Assembly (NCBI GenBank): GCA_043228905.1
Contig: JBHGNT010000045.1
Span: forward strand, 1-64,000
From: Azolla caroliniana
Taxonomy: Eukaryota; Plantae; Polypodiophyta
Direction of reading: 5' to 3'
Length of the DNA: 64,000 bases
Positions within the stretch are counted from its first letter, which is position 1. The number at the start of each line of letters is the position of its first letter. Below, piece by piece: positions 13,801-27,343 of this stretch. The position numbers and the translations under genes are program-made. A model generated the notes under the pieces. That model was not told where the DNA came from. It did not search any database and was given only the letters and a program-made list of their open reading frames with translations.

Positions 13801-16800
13801 AACTCCCTCCTCAAATTTGCTAATTTCGTCATGTCTCTCGACCTGAGTTTCAAAATCTTGATTTTTTAATTCCATATCATAGCTAGTGTTGTTAGCTTCG
13901 ATACGCATGTTTGAACACAAAAATACGATATGACACGAGCCAGGTATGAACATTTTCATTTACTCAAGGGCTCTTCTCAACTCACTCCTCAAATTTGCTA
14001 ATTTCGTCATGTCTCTCGACCAGAGTTTCAAAATCTTGATTTTTTAATTCCATATCATAGCTAGCGTTGTTAGCTTCGATTCGCATGTTTGAACACGAAA
14101 ATCCGATATTACACGATCCGGGTATGAACATTTTCATTTACTCAAGGGCTCATCTCAACTCACTCCTCAAATTTGGTAATTTCGTCATGTCTCTCGACCA
14201 GAGTTTCGAAATCTTGATTTTTTAAGTCCATATCATAGCTAGCGTTGTTAGCTTCGATTCGCATGTTTGAACACAAAAATCCGATATGACACGAGCCAGG
14301 TATGAACATTTTCATTTACTCAAGGGCTCATCTCAACTCACTACTCAAATTTGCTAATTTCGTCATGTCTCTGGACCCGAGTTTCAAAATCTTGATTTTT
14401 TAAGTCCATATCATAGCTAGCGTTGTTAGCTTCGATTCGCATGTTTGAACACAAAAATCCGATATTACACGAGCCAGGTATGAATATTTTCATTTACTCA
14501 AGGGCTCCTCTCAACTCCCTCCTCATGTTTGCTAATTTTGTCATGTCTCTCGACCTGAGTTTCAAAATCTTGATTTTTTAATTCCATATCATAGCTAGCG
14601 TTGTTAGCTTCGATTCGTATGTTTGAACACAAAAATCCGATATCACACGAGCCAGGTATGAACATTTTCATTTACTCAAGGGCTCTTCTCAACTCACTCC
14701 TCAAATTTGGTAATTTCGTCATGTCTCTCGACCAGAGTTTTAAAATCTTCATTTTTTAATTCCATATCATAGCTAGCGTTGTTAGCTTCGATTCGCATGT
14801 TTGAACACAAAAATCCGATATCACACAAGCCAGGTATGAACATTTTCATTTACTCAAGGGCTCTTCTCAACTCACTCCTCAAATTTGCTAATTTCGTCAT
14901 GTCTCTCGACCAGAGTTTCAAAATCTTGATTTTTTAATTCCATAGCATAGCTAGCGTTGTTAGCTTCGATTCGCATGTTTGAACACAAAAATCCGATATT
15001 ACACCAGCCAGGTATGAACATTTTCATTTACTCAAGGGCTCCTCTCAACTCCCTCCTCATGTTTGCTAATTTTGTCATGTCTCTCGACCTGAGTTTCAAA
15101 ATCTTGATGTTTTAATTCCATATCATAGCTAGCGTTGTTAGCTTCGATTCGCATGTTTGAACACAAAAATCCGATATCACACGAGCCAGGTATGAACATT
15201 TTCATTTACTCAAGGGCTCATCTCAACTCACTACTCAAATTTGGTAATTTCGTCATGTCTCTCGACCAGAGTTTCAAAATCTTGATTTTTTAAGTCGATA
15301 TCATAGCTAGCGTTGTTAGCTTCGATTCGCATGTTTGAACACAAAAATCCGATATTACACGAGCCAGGTATGAACATTTTAATTTACTCAAGGGCTCCTC
15401 TCAACTCCCTCCTCATGTTTGCTAATTTTGTCATGTCTCTTGACCTGAGTTTCAAAATCTTGATTTTTTAATTCCATATCATAGCTAGCATTGTTAGCTT
15501 CGATTCGCATTTTTGAACACAAAAATCCGATATCACACGAGCCAGGTATGAACATTTTCATTTACTCAAGGGCTCACCTCAACTCACTACTCAAATTTGG
15601 TAATTTCGTCATGTCTCTCGACCAGAGTTTCAAAATCTTGATTTTTTAAGTGCATACCATAGCTAGCGTTGTTAGCTTCGATTCGCATGTTTGAACACAA
15701 ACATCGGATATCACACGAGCCAGGTATGAACATTTTAATTTACTCAAGGGCTCCTCTCAACTCCCTCCTCATGTTTGCTAATTTCGTCATGTCTCTCGAC
15801 CTGTGTTTCAGAATCTTGATTTTTTAAGTCCATATCATAGCTAGCGTTGTTAGCTTCGATTCGCATGTTTGAACACAAAAATCCGATATCACACGAGCCA
15901 GGTATGAACATTTTAATTTACTCAAGGGCTTCTCTCAACTCCCTCCTCATGTTTGCTAATTTCGTCATGTCTCTCGACTTGAGTTTCAAAATCTTGATTT
16001 TTTAATTCCATATCATAGCTAGCATTGTTAGCTTCAATTCGCATGTTTGAACACAAAAATCCGATATGACACGAGCCAGGTATGAACATTTTCATTTACT
16101 CAAGGGCTCTTCTCAACTCACTCCTCAAATTTGGTAATTTCGTCATGTCTCTCGACCTGAGTTTCAAAATATTGATTTTTTAATTCCATATCATAGCTAG
16201 CATTGTTAGCTTCGATTGGCATGTTTGAACACAAAAATCCGATATTACACGAGCCAGGTATGAACATTTTCATTTACTCAAGGGCTCCTCTCAACTCCCT
16301 CCTCAAATTTGGTAATTTCGTCATGTCTCTCGACCAGAGTTTCAAAATCTTGATTTTTTAATTCCATAGCATAGCTAGCGTTGTTAGCTTCGATTCGCAT
16401 GTTTGAACACAAAAATCCGATATTACACCAGCCAGGTATGAACATTTTCATTTACTCAAGGGCTCCTCTCAACTCACTACTCAAATTTGGTAATTTCATC
16501 ATGTCTCTCGACCAGAGTTTCAAAATCTTGATTTATTAAGTCCATATCATAGCTAGCGTTGTTAGCTTCGATTCGCATGTTTGAACACAAACATCGGATA
16601 TCACACGAGCCAGGTATGAACATTTTAATTTACTCAAGGGCTCCTCTCAACTCCCTCCTCATGTTTGCTAATTTCGTCATGTCTCTCGACCTGTGTTTCA
16701 GAATCTTGATTTTTTAAGTCCATATCATAGCTAGCGTTGTTAGCTTCGATTCGCATGTTTGAACACAAAAATCCGATATCACACGAGCCAGGTATGAACA

Positions 16801-18950
16801 TTTTAATTTACTCAAGGGCTTCTCTCAACTCCCTCCTCATGTTTGCTAATTTCGTCATGTCTCTCGACTTGAGTTTCAAAATCTTGATTTTTTAATTCCA
16901 TATCATAGCTAGCATTGTTAGCTTCCATTCGCATGTTTGAACACAGAAATCCGATATGACACGAGCCAGGTATGAACATTTTCATTTACTCAAGGGCTCT
17001 TCTCAACTCACTCCTCAAATTTGGTAATTTCGTCATGTCTCTCGACCAGAGTTTTAAAATCTTCATTTTTTAATTCCATATCATAGCTAGCGTTGTTAGC
17101 TTCGATTCGCATGTTTGAACACAAAAATCCGATATCACACAAGCCAGGTATGAACATTTTCATTTACTCAAGGGCTCTTCTCAACTCACTCCTCAAATTT
17201 GCTAATTTCGTCATGTCTCTCGACCAGAGTTTCAAAATCTTGATTTTTTAATTCCATAGCATAGCTAGCGTTGTTAGCTTCGATTCGCATGTTTGAACAC
17301 AAAAATCCGATATTACACGAGCCAGGTATGAACATTTTCATTTACTCAAGGGCTCCTCTCAACTCCCTCCTCATGTTTGCTAATTTTGTCATGTCTCTCG
17401 ACCTGAGTTTCAAAATCTTGATGTTTTAATTCCATAATCATAGCTAGCGTTGTTAGCTTCGATTCGCATGTTTGAACACAAAAATCCGATATCACACGAG
17501 CCAGGTATGAACATTTTCATTTACTCAAGGGCTCATCTCAACTCACTACTCAAATTTGGTAATTTCGTCATGTCTCTCGACCAGAGTTTCAAAATCTTGA
17601 TTTTTTAAGTCCATATCATAGCTAGCGTTGTTAGCTTCGATTCGCATGTTTGAACACAAAAATCCGATATTACACGAGCCAGGTATGAACATTTTAATTT
17701 ACTCAAGGGCTCCTCTCAACTCCCTCCTCATGTTTGCTAATTTTGTCATGTCTCTTGACCTGAGTTTCAAAATCTTGATTTTTTAATTCCATATCATAGC
17801 TCGCGTTGTTAGCTTCGATTCGCATGTTTGAACACAAAAATCCGATATCACACGAGCCAGGTATGAACATTTTAATTTACTGAAGGGCTTCTCTCAACTC
17901 CCTCCTCATGTTTGCTAATTTCGTCATGTCTCTCGACCAGAGTTTCAAAATCTTGATTTTTTAATTCCATATCATAGCTAGCATTGTTAGCTTCGATTCG
18001 CATGTTTGAACACAAAAATCTGATATGACACGAGCCAGGTATGAACATTTTAATTTACTCAAGGGCTCTTCTCAACTCACTCCTCAAATTTGGTAATTTC
18101 GTCATGTCTCTCGACCTGAGTTTCAAAATATTGATTTTTTAATTCCATATCATAGCTAGCATTGTTAGCTTCGATTGGCATGTTTGAACACAAAAATCCG
18201 ATATTACACGAGCCAGGTATGAACATTTTCATTTACTCAAGGGCTCTTCTCAACTCCCTCCTCAAATTTGGTAATTTCGTCATGTCTCTCGACCTGAGTT
18301 TCAAAATCTTGATTTTTTAATTCCATAGCATAGCTAGCGTTGTTAGCTTCGATTCGCATGTTTGAACAGAAAAATCCGATATTACACCAGCCAGGTATGA
18401 ACATTTTCATTTACTCAAGGGCTCCTCTCAACTCACTACTCAAATTTGGTAATTTCATCATGTCTCTCGACCAGAGTTTCAAAATCTTGATTTTTTAATT
18501 CCATATCATAGCTAGCATTGTTAGCTTCGATTGGCATGTTTGAACACAAAAATACGATATTACACGAGCCAGGTATGAACAGTTTCATTTACTCAAGGGC
18601 TCCTCTCAACTCCCTCCTCAAATTTGGTAATTTCGTCATGTCTCTCGACCAGAGTTTCAAAATCTTGATTTTTTAATTCCATAGCATAGCTAGCGTTGTT
18701 AGCTTCGATTCGCATGTTTGAACACAAAAATCCGATTTTACACGAGCCAGGTATGAACATTTTCATTTACTCAAGGGCTCCTCTCAACTCCCTCCTCAAA
18801 TTTGGTAATTTCGTCATGTCTCTCGACCAGAGTTTCAAAATCTTGATTTTTTAATTCCATAGCATAGCTAGCGTTGTTAGCTTCGATTCGCATGTTTGAA
18901 CACAAAAATCCGATATTACACGAGCCAGGTATGAACATTTTCATTTACTC
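7900..18950. repeat. 31-monomer HOR (5517-5518 bp), two tandem copies
   Basis: Shared rare markers at constant offset: tggccg 8031/13548, gatccggg ~8598/~14115, ctggacccg ~8854/~14371, gtgcatacc ~10133/~15650, ttccattcg ~11406/~16923, gctcgcg ~12281/~17799, gaacagaaaa ~12846/~18364. Confidence 0.9.
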
Positions 18951-21700
18951 AAGGACTCCTCTCAACTCCCTCCTCAAATTTGGTAATTTCATCATGTCTC
19001 TCGACCAGAGTTTCAAAATCTTGATTTATTAAGTCCATATCATAGCTAGCGTTGTTAGCTTCGATTCGCATGTTTGAACACAAACATCAGATATCACACG
19101 AGCCAGGTATGAACATTTTAATTTACTCAAGGGCTCCTCTCAACTCCCTCCTCATGTTTGCTAATTTCGTCATGTCTCTCGACTTGAGTTTTAAAATCTT
19201 CATTTTTTAATTCCATATCATAGCTAGCGTTGTTAGCTTCGATTCGCATGTTTGAACACAAAAATCCGATATCACACGAGCCAGGTATGAACATTTTCAT
19301 TTACTCAAGGGCTCTTCTCAACTCACTCCTCAAATTTGCTAATTTCGTCATGTCTCTCGACCAGAGTTTCAAAATCTTGATTTTTTAATTCCATAGCATA
19401 GCTAGCGTTGTTAGCTTCGATTCGCATGTTTGAACACAAAAATCCGATATTACACCAGCCAGGTATGAACATTTTCATTTACTCAAGGGCTCCTCTCAAC
19501 TCCCTCCTCATGTTTGCTAATTTTGTCATGTCTCTCGACCTGAGTTTCAAAATCTTGATGTTTTAATTCCATAATCATAGCTAGCGTTGTTAGCTTCGAT
19601 TCGCATGTTTGAACACAAAAATCCGATATCACACGAGCCAGGTATGAACATTTTCATTTACTCAAGGGCTCATCTCAACTCACTACTCAAATTTGGTAAT
19701 TTCGTCATGTCTCTCGACCAGAGTTTCAAAATCTTGATTTTTTAAGTCCATATCATAGCTAGCGTTGTTAGCTTCGATTCGCATGTTTGAACACAAAAAT
19801 CCGATATTACACGAGCCAGGTATGAACATTTTAATTTACTCAAGGGCTCCTCTCAACTCCCTCCTCATGTTTGCTAATTTTGTCATGTCTCTTGACCTGA
19901 GTTTCAAAATCTTGATTTTTTAATTCCATATCATAGCTCGCGTTGTTAGCTTCGATTCGCATGTTTGAACACAAAAATCCGATATCACACGAGCCAGGTA
20001 TGAACATTTTAATTTACTGAAGGGCTTCTCTCAACTCCCTCCTCATGTTTGCTAATTTCGTCATGTCTCTCGACCAGAGTTTCAAAATCTTGATTTTTTA
20101 ATTCCATATCATAGCTAGCATTGTTAGCTTCGATTCGCATGTTTGAACACAAAAATCTGATATGACACGAGCCAGGTATGAACATTTTCATTTACTCAAG
20201 GGCTCTTCTCAACTCACTCCTCAAATTTGGTAATTTCGTCATGTCTCTCGACCTGAGTTTCAAAATATTGATTTTTTAATTCCATATCATAGCTAGCATT
20301 GTTAGCTTCGATTGGCATGTTTGAACACAAAAATCCGATATTACACGAGCCAGGTATGAACATTTTCATTTACTCAAGGGCTCTTCTCAACTCCCTCCTC
20401 AAATTTGGTAATTTCGTCATGTCTCTCGACCTGAGTTTCAAAATCTTGATTTTTTAATTCCATAGCATAGCTAGCGTTGTTAGCTTCGATTCGCATGTTT
20501 GAACAGAAAAATCCGATATTACACCAGCCAGGTATGAACATTTTCATTTACTCAAGGGCTCCTCTCAACTCACTACTCAAATTTGGTAATTTCATCATGT
20601 CTCTCGACCAGAGTTTCAAAATCTTGATTTTTTAATTCCATATCATAGCTAGCATTGTTAGCTTCGATTGGCATGTTTGAACACAAAAATACGATATTAC
20701 ACGAGCCAGGTATGAACAGTTTCATTTACTCAAGGGCTCCTCTCAACTCCCTCCTCAAATTTGGTAATTTCGTCATGTCTCTCGACCAGAGTTTCAAAAT
20801 CTTGATTTTTTAATTCCATAGCATAGCTAGCGTTGTTAGCTTCGATTCGCATGTTTGAACACAAAAATCCGATTTTACACGAGCCAGGTATGAACATTTT
20901 CATTTACTCAAGGGCTCCTCTCAACTCCCTCCTCAAATTTGGTAATTTCGTCATGTCTCTCGACCAGAGTTTCAAAATCTTGATTTTTTAATTCCATAGC
21001 ATAGCTAGCGTTGTTAGCTTCGATTCGCATGTTTGAACACAAAAATCCGATATTACACGAGCCAGGTATGAACATTTTCATTTACTCAAGGACTCCTCTC
21101 AACTCCCTCCTCAAATTTGGTAATTTCATCATGTCTCTCGACCAGAGTTTCAAAATCTTGATTTATTAAGTCCATATCATAGCTAGCGTTGTTAGCTTCG
21201 ATTCGCATGTTTGAACACAAACATCAGATATCACACGAGCCAGGTATGAACATTTTAATTTACTCAAGGGCTCCTCTCAACTCCCTCCTCATGTTTGCTA
21301 ATTTCGTCATGTCTCTCGACTTGAGTTTTAAAATCTTCATTTTTTAATTCCATATCATAGCTAGCGTTGTTAGCTTCGATTCGCATGTTTGAACACAAAA
21401 ATCCGATATCACACGAGCCAGGTATGAACATTTTCATTTACTCAAGGGCTCTTCTCAACTCACTCCTCAAATTTGCTAATTTCGTCATGTCTCTCGACCA
21501 GAGTTTCAAAATCTTGATTTTTTAATTCCATAGCATAGCTAGCGTTGTTAGCTTCGATTCGCATGTTTGAACACAAAAATCCGATATTACACCAGCCAGG
21601 TATGAACATTTTCATTTACTCAAGGGCTCCTCTCAACTCCCTCCTCATGTTTGCTAATTTTGTCATGTCTCTCGACCTGAGTTTCAAAATCTTGATGTTT
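17250..21700. repeat. 12-monomer HOR (2137 bp), two tandem copies, overlapping the end of the 31-mer
   Basis: The 1-bp insertion ccataatc occurs at 17432 and 19569. Other markers: ccgatttta ~18732/~20869, aggactcc ~18952/~21089, catcagata ~19085/~21222. Confidence 0.88.
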
Positions 21701-24700
21701 TAATTCCATATCATAGCTAGCGTTGTTAGCTTCGATTCGCATGTTTGAACACAAAAATCCGATATCACACGAGCCAGGTATGAACATTTTCATTTACTCA
21801 AGGGCTCATCTCAACTCACTACTCAAATTTGGTAATTTCGTCATGTCTCTCGACCAGAGTTTCAAAATCTTGATTTTTTAAGTCCATATCATAGCTAGCG
21901 TTGTTAGCTTCGATTCGCATGTTTGAACACAAAAATCCGATATTACACGAGCCAGGTATGAACATTTTAATTTACTCAAGGGCTCCTCTCAACTCCCTCC
22001 TCATGTTTGCTAATTTTGTCATGTCTCTTGACCTGAGTTTCAAAATCTTGATTTTTTAATTCCATATCATAGCTAGCGTTGTTAGCTTCGATTGGCATGT
22101 TTGAACACGAAAATCCGATATCACACGAGCCAGGTATGAACATTTTAATTTACCTCCTAACTCTTCTCAACTCACTCCTCAAATTTGGTAATTTCGTCAT
22201 GTCTCTCGGATAGAGTTTCAAAATATTGATTTTTTATTTCCATATCATAGGTAGTGTTGTTAGCTTTGATTCGCATGTTTGAACACAAAAATCCGATATC
22301 ACACGAGCCAGGTATGAACATTTTCATTTACTCAAGGGCTCACCTCAACTCACTACTCAAATTTGGTAATTTCGTCATGTCTCTCGACCAGAGTATCAAA
22401 ATCTTGATTTTTTAAGTGCATATCATAGCTAGCGTTGTTAGCTTCGATTCGCATGTTTGAACACAAACATCGGATATCACACGAGCCAGGTATGAACATT
22501 TTAATTTACTCAAGGGCTCCTCTCAACTCCCTCCTCATGTTTGCTAATTTCGTCATGTCTCTCGACCTGTGTTTCAAAATCTTGATTTTTTAATTCCATA
22601 TCATAGCTAGCGTTGTTAGCTTCGATTCGCATGTTTGAACACAAAAATCCGATATCACACGAGCCAGGTATGAACATTTTAAGTTACTCAAGGGCTTCTC
22701 TCAACTCCCTCCTCATGTTTGCTAATTTCGTCATGTCTCTCGACTTGAGTTTCAAAATCTTGATTTTTTAATTCCATATCATAGCTAGCATTGTTAGCTT
22801 CAATTCGCATGTTTGAACACAAAAATCCGATATGACACGAGCCAGGTATGAACATTTTCATTTACTCAAGGGCTCTTCTCAACTCACTCCTCAAATTTGG
22901 TAATTTCGTCATGTCTCTCGACCTGAGTTTCAAAATATTGATTTTTTAATTCCATATCATAGCTAGCATTGTTAGCTTCGATTGGCATGTTTGAACACAA
23001 AAATCCGATATTACACGAGCCAGGTATGAACATTTTCATTTACTCAAGGGCTCCTCTCAACTCCCTCCTCAAATTTGGTAATTTCGTCATGTCTCTCGAC
23101 CAGAGTTTCAAAATCTTCATTTTTTAATTCCATAGCATAGCTAGCGTTGTTAGCTTCGATTCGCATGTTTGAACACAAAAATCCGATATTACACGAGCCA
23201 GGTATGAACATTTTCATTTACTCAAGGGTTCTTCTCAACTCCCTCCTCATGTTTGCTAATTTTGTCATGTCTCTCGACCTGAGTTTCAAAATCTTGATGT
23301 TTTAATTCCATATCATAGCTAGCGTTGTTAGCTTCGATTCGCATGTTTGAACACAAAAATCCGATATCACACGAGCCAGGTATGAACATTTTCATTTACT
23401 CAAGGGCTCCTCTCAACTCCCTCCTCAGGTTTGCTAATTTCGTCATGTCTCTCGACCTGTGTTTCAAAATCTTGATTTTTTAATTCCATATCATAGCTAG
23501 CGTTGTTAGCTTCGATTCGCATGTTTGAACACAAAAATCCGATATCACACGAGCCAGGTATGAACATTTTAATTTACTGAAGGGCTTCTCTCAACTCCCT
23601 CCTCATGTTTGCTAATTTCGTCATGTCTCTCGACTTGAGTTTCAAAATCTTGATTTTTTAATTCCATATCATAGCTAGCATTGTTAGCTTCGATTCGCAT
23701 GTTTGAACACAAAAATCCGATATGACACGAGCCAGGTATGAACATTTTCATTTACTCAAGGGCTCTTCTCAACTCACTCCTCAAATTTGGTAATTTCGTC
23801 ATGTCTCTTGACCTGAGTTTCAAAATATTGATTTTTTAATTCCATATCATAGCTAGCATTGTTAGCTTCGATTGGCATGTTTGAACACAAAAATCCGATA
23901 TTACACGAGCCAGGTATGAACATTTTCATTTACTCAAGGGCTCCTCTCAACTCCCTCCTCAAATTTGGTAATTTCGTCATGTCTCTCGACCAGAGTTTCA
24001 AAATCTTCATTTTTTAATTCCATAGCATAGCTAGCGTTGTTAGCTTCGATTCGCATGTTTGAACACAAAAATCCGATATTACACGAGCCAGGTATGAACA
24101 TTTTCATTTACTCAAGGGCTCCTCTCAACTCCCTCCTCATGTTTGCTAATTTTGTCATGTCTCTCGACCTGAGTTTCAAAATCTTGATGTTTTAATTCCA
24201 TATCATAGCTAGCGTTGTTAGCTTCGATTCGCATGTTTGAACACAAAAATCCGATATCACACGAGCCAGGTATGAACATTTTCATTTACTCAAGGGCTCC
24301 TCTCAACTCCCTCCTCATGTTTGCTAATTTCGTCATGTCTCTCGACCTGTGTTTCAAAATCTTGATTTTTTAAGTGCATATCATAACTAGCGTTGTTAGC
24401 TTCGATTCGCATGTTTGAACACAAAAATCCGATATCACACGAGCCAGGTATGAACATTTTAATTTACTGAAGGGCTTCTCTCAACTCCCTCCTCATGTTT
24501 GCTAATTTCGTCATGTCTCTCGACCTGAGTTTCAAAATCTTGATTTTTTAATTCCATATCATAGCTAGCATTGTTAGCTTCAATTCGCATGTTTGAACAC
24601 AAAAATCCGATATGACACGAGCCAGGTATGAACATTTTCATTTACTCAAGGGCTCTTCTCAACTCACTCCTCAAATTTGGTAATTTCGTCATGTCTCTCG

Positions 24701-27232
24701 ACCTTAGTTTCAAAATATTGATTTTTTAATTCCATATCATAGCTAGCGTTGTTAGCTTCGATTCGCATGTTTGAACACAAAAATCCGATATGACACGAGC
24801 CAGGTATGAACATTTTAATTTACTCAAGGGCTCCTCTCAACTCCCTCCTCATGTTTGCTAATTTTGTCATGTCTCTTGACCTGAGTTTCAAAATCTTGAT
24901 TTTTTAATTCCATATCATAGCTAGCGTTGTTAGCTTCGATTGGCATGTTTGAACACGAAAATCCGATATCACACGAGCCAGGTATGAACATTTTAATTTA
25001 CCTCCTGACTCTTCTCAACTCACTCCTCAAATTTGGTAATTTCGTCATGTCTCTCGACCAGAGTTTCAAAATCTTGATTTTTTAATTCCATAGCATAGCT
25101 AGCGTTGTTAGCTTCGATTCGCATGTCTGAACACAAAAATCCGATATTACACCAGCCAGGTATGAACATTTTCATTTACTCAAGGGCTCCTCTCAACTCA
25201 CTACTCAAATTTGGTAATTTCGTCATGTCTCTCGACCAGATTTTCAAAATCTTGATTTTTTAATTCCATAGCATAGCTAGCGTTGTTAGCTTCGATTCGC
25301 ATGTTTGAACCCAAAAATCCGATATTACACCAGCCAGGTATGAACATTTTCATTTACTCAAGGGCTCCTCTCAACTCCCTCCTCATGTTTGCTAATTTTG
25401 TCATGTCTCTCGACCTGAGTTTCAAAATCTTGATTTTTTAATTCCATATCATAGCTAGCGTTGTTAGCTTCGATTCGCATGTTTGAACACAAAAATCCGA
25501 TATCACACGAGCCAGGTATGAACATTTTCATTTACTCCAGGGCTCATCTCAACTCACTACTCAAATTTGGTAATTTCGTCATGTCTCTCGACCAGAGTTT
25601 CAAAATCTTGATTTTTTAAGTCCATATCATAGCTAGCGTTGTTAGCTTCGATTCGCATGTTTGAACACAAAAATCCGATATTACACGAGCGAGGTATGAA
25701 CATTTTAATTTACTCAAGGGCTCTTCTCAACTCACTCCTCAAATTTGGTAATTTCGTCATGTCTCTCGACCAGAGTTTCAAAATCTTCATTTTTTAATTC
25801 CATAGCATAGCTAGCGTTGTTAGCTTCGATTCGCATGTTTGAACACAAAAATCCGATATCACACGAACCAGGTATGAACATTTTAATTTACTCAAGGGCT
25901 TCTTTCAACTCCCTCCTCAAATTTGCTAATTTCGTCATGTCTCACGACCTGAGTTTCAAAATCTTCATTTTTTAATTCCATATCATAGCTAGCATTGTTA
26001 GCTTCGTTACGCATGTTTGAACACAAAAATCCGATATTACACGAGCCAGGTATGAACATTTTCATTTACTCAAGGGCTCATCTCAACTCACTACTCAAAT
26101 TTGGTAATTTCGTCATGTCTCTCGACCAGAGTTTCAAAATCTTCATTTTTTAATTCCATAGCATAGCTAGCGTTGTTAGCTTCGATTCGCATGTTTGAAC
26201 ACAAAAATCCGATATCACACGAGCTAGGTATGAACATTTTAATTTACTCAAGGGCTTCTCTCAACTCCCTCCTCATGTTTGCTAATTTCGTCATGTCTCT
26301 CGACCTGTGTTTCAAAATCTTGATTTTTTAATTCCATATCATAGCTAGCGTTGTTAGCTTCGATTGGCATGTTTGAACACGAAAATCCGATAATACACGA
26401 TCCAGGTATGAACATTTTCATTTACTCAAGGGCTCTTCTCTACTCACTCCTCAAATTTGCTAATTTCGTCATGTCTCTCGACCAGAGTTTCAAAATCTTG
26501 ATTTTTTAATTCCATATCATAGCTAGCATTGTTAGCTTCGATTCGCATGTTTGAACACAAAAATCCGATATGACACGAGCCAGGTATGAACATTTTCATT
26601 TACTCAAGGGCTCTTCTCAACTCACTCCTCAAATTTGGTAATTTCGTCATGTCTCTCGACCAGAGTTTCAAAATATTGATTTTTTAAGTGCATATCATAG
26701 CTAGCGTTGTTAGCTTCGATTCGCATGTTTGAACACAAACATCGGATATCACACGAGCCAGGTATGAACATTTTAATTTACTCAAGGGCTCCTCTCAACT
26801 CCCTCCTCATGTTTGCTAATTTCGTCATGTCTCTCGACCTGTGTTTCAGAATCTTGATTTTTTAAGTCCATATCATAGCTAGCGTTGTTAGCTTCGATTC
26901 GCATGTTTGAACACAAAAATCCGATATCACACGAGCCAGGTATGAACATTTTCATTTACTCAAGGGCTCCTCTCAACTCCCTCCTCATGTTTGCTAATTT
27001 TGTCATGTCTCTTGACCTGAGTTTCAAAATCTTGATTTTTTAATTCCATATCATAGCTAGCGTTGTTAGCTTCGATTGGCATGTTTGAACACGAAAATCC
27101 GATATCACACGAGCCAGGTATGAACATTTTAATTTACCTCCTGACTCTTCTCAACTCACTCCTCAAATTTGGTAATTTCGTCATGTCTCTCGACCAGAGT
27201 TTCAAAATCTTGATTTTTTAATTCCATAGCAT

Positions 27233-27343
27233 AGCTAGCGTTGTTAGCTTCGATTCGCATGTCTGAACACAAAAATCCGATATTACACCAGCCAGGTATG
27301 AACATTTTCATTTACTCAAGGGCTCCTCTCAACTCCATAGCAT
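27233..27343. repeat. Truncated 111-bp monomer (monomer positions 104-170 missing)
   Basis: The junction reads ...ggctcctctcaactc|catagcatagctagc... Monomer starts are at 27233 and 27344. Confidence 0.95.
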
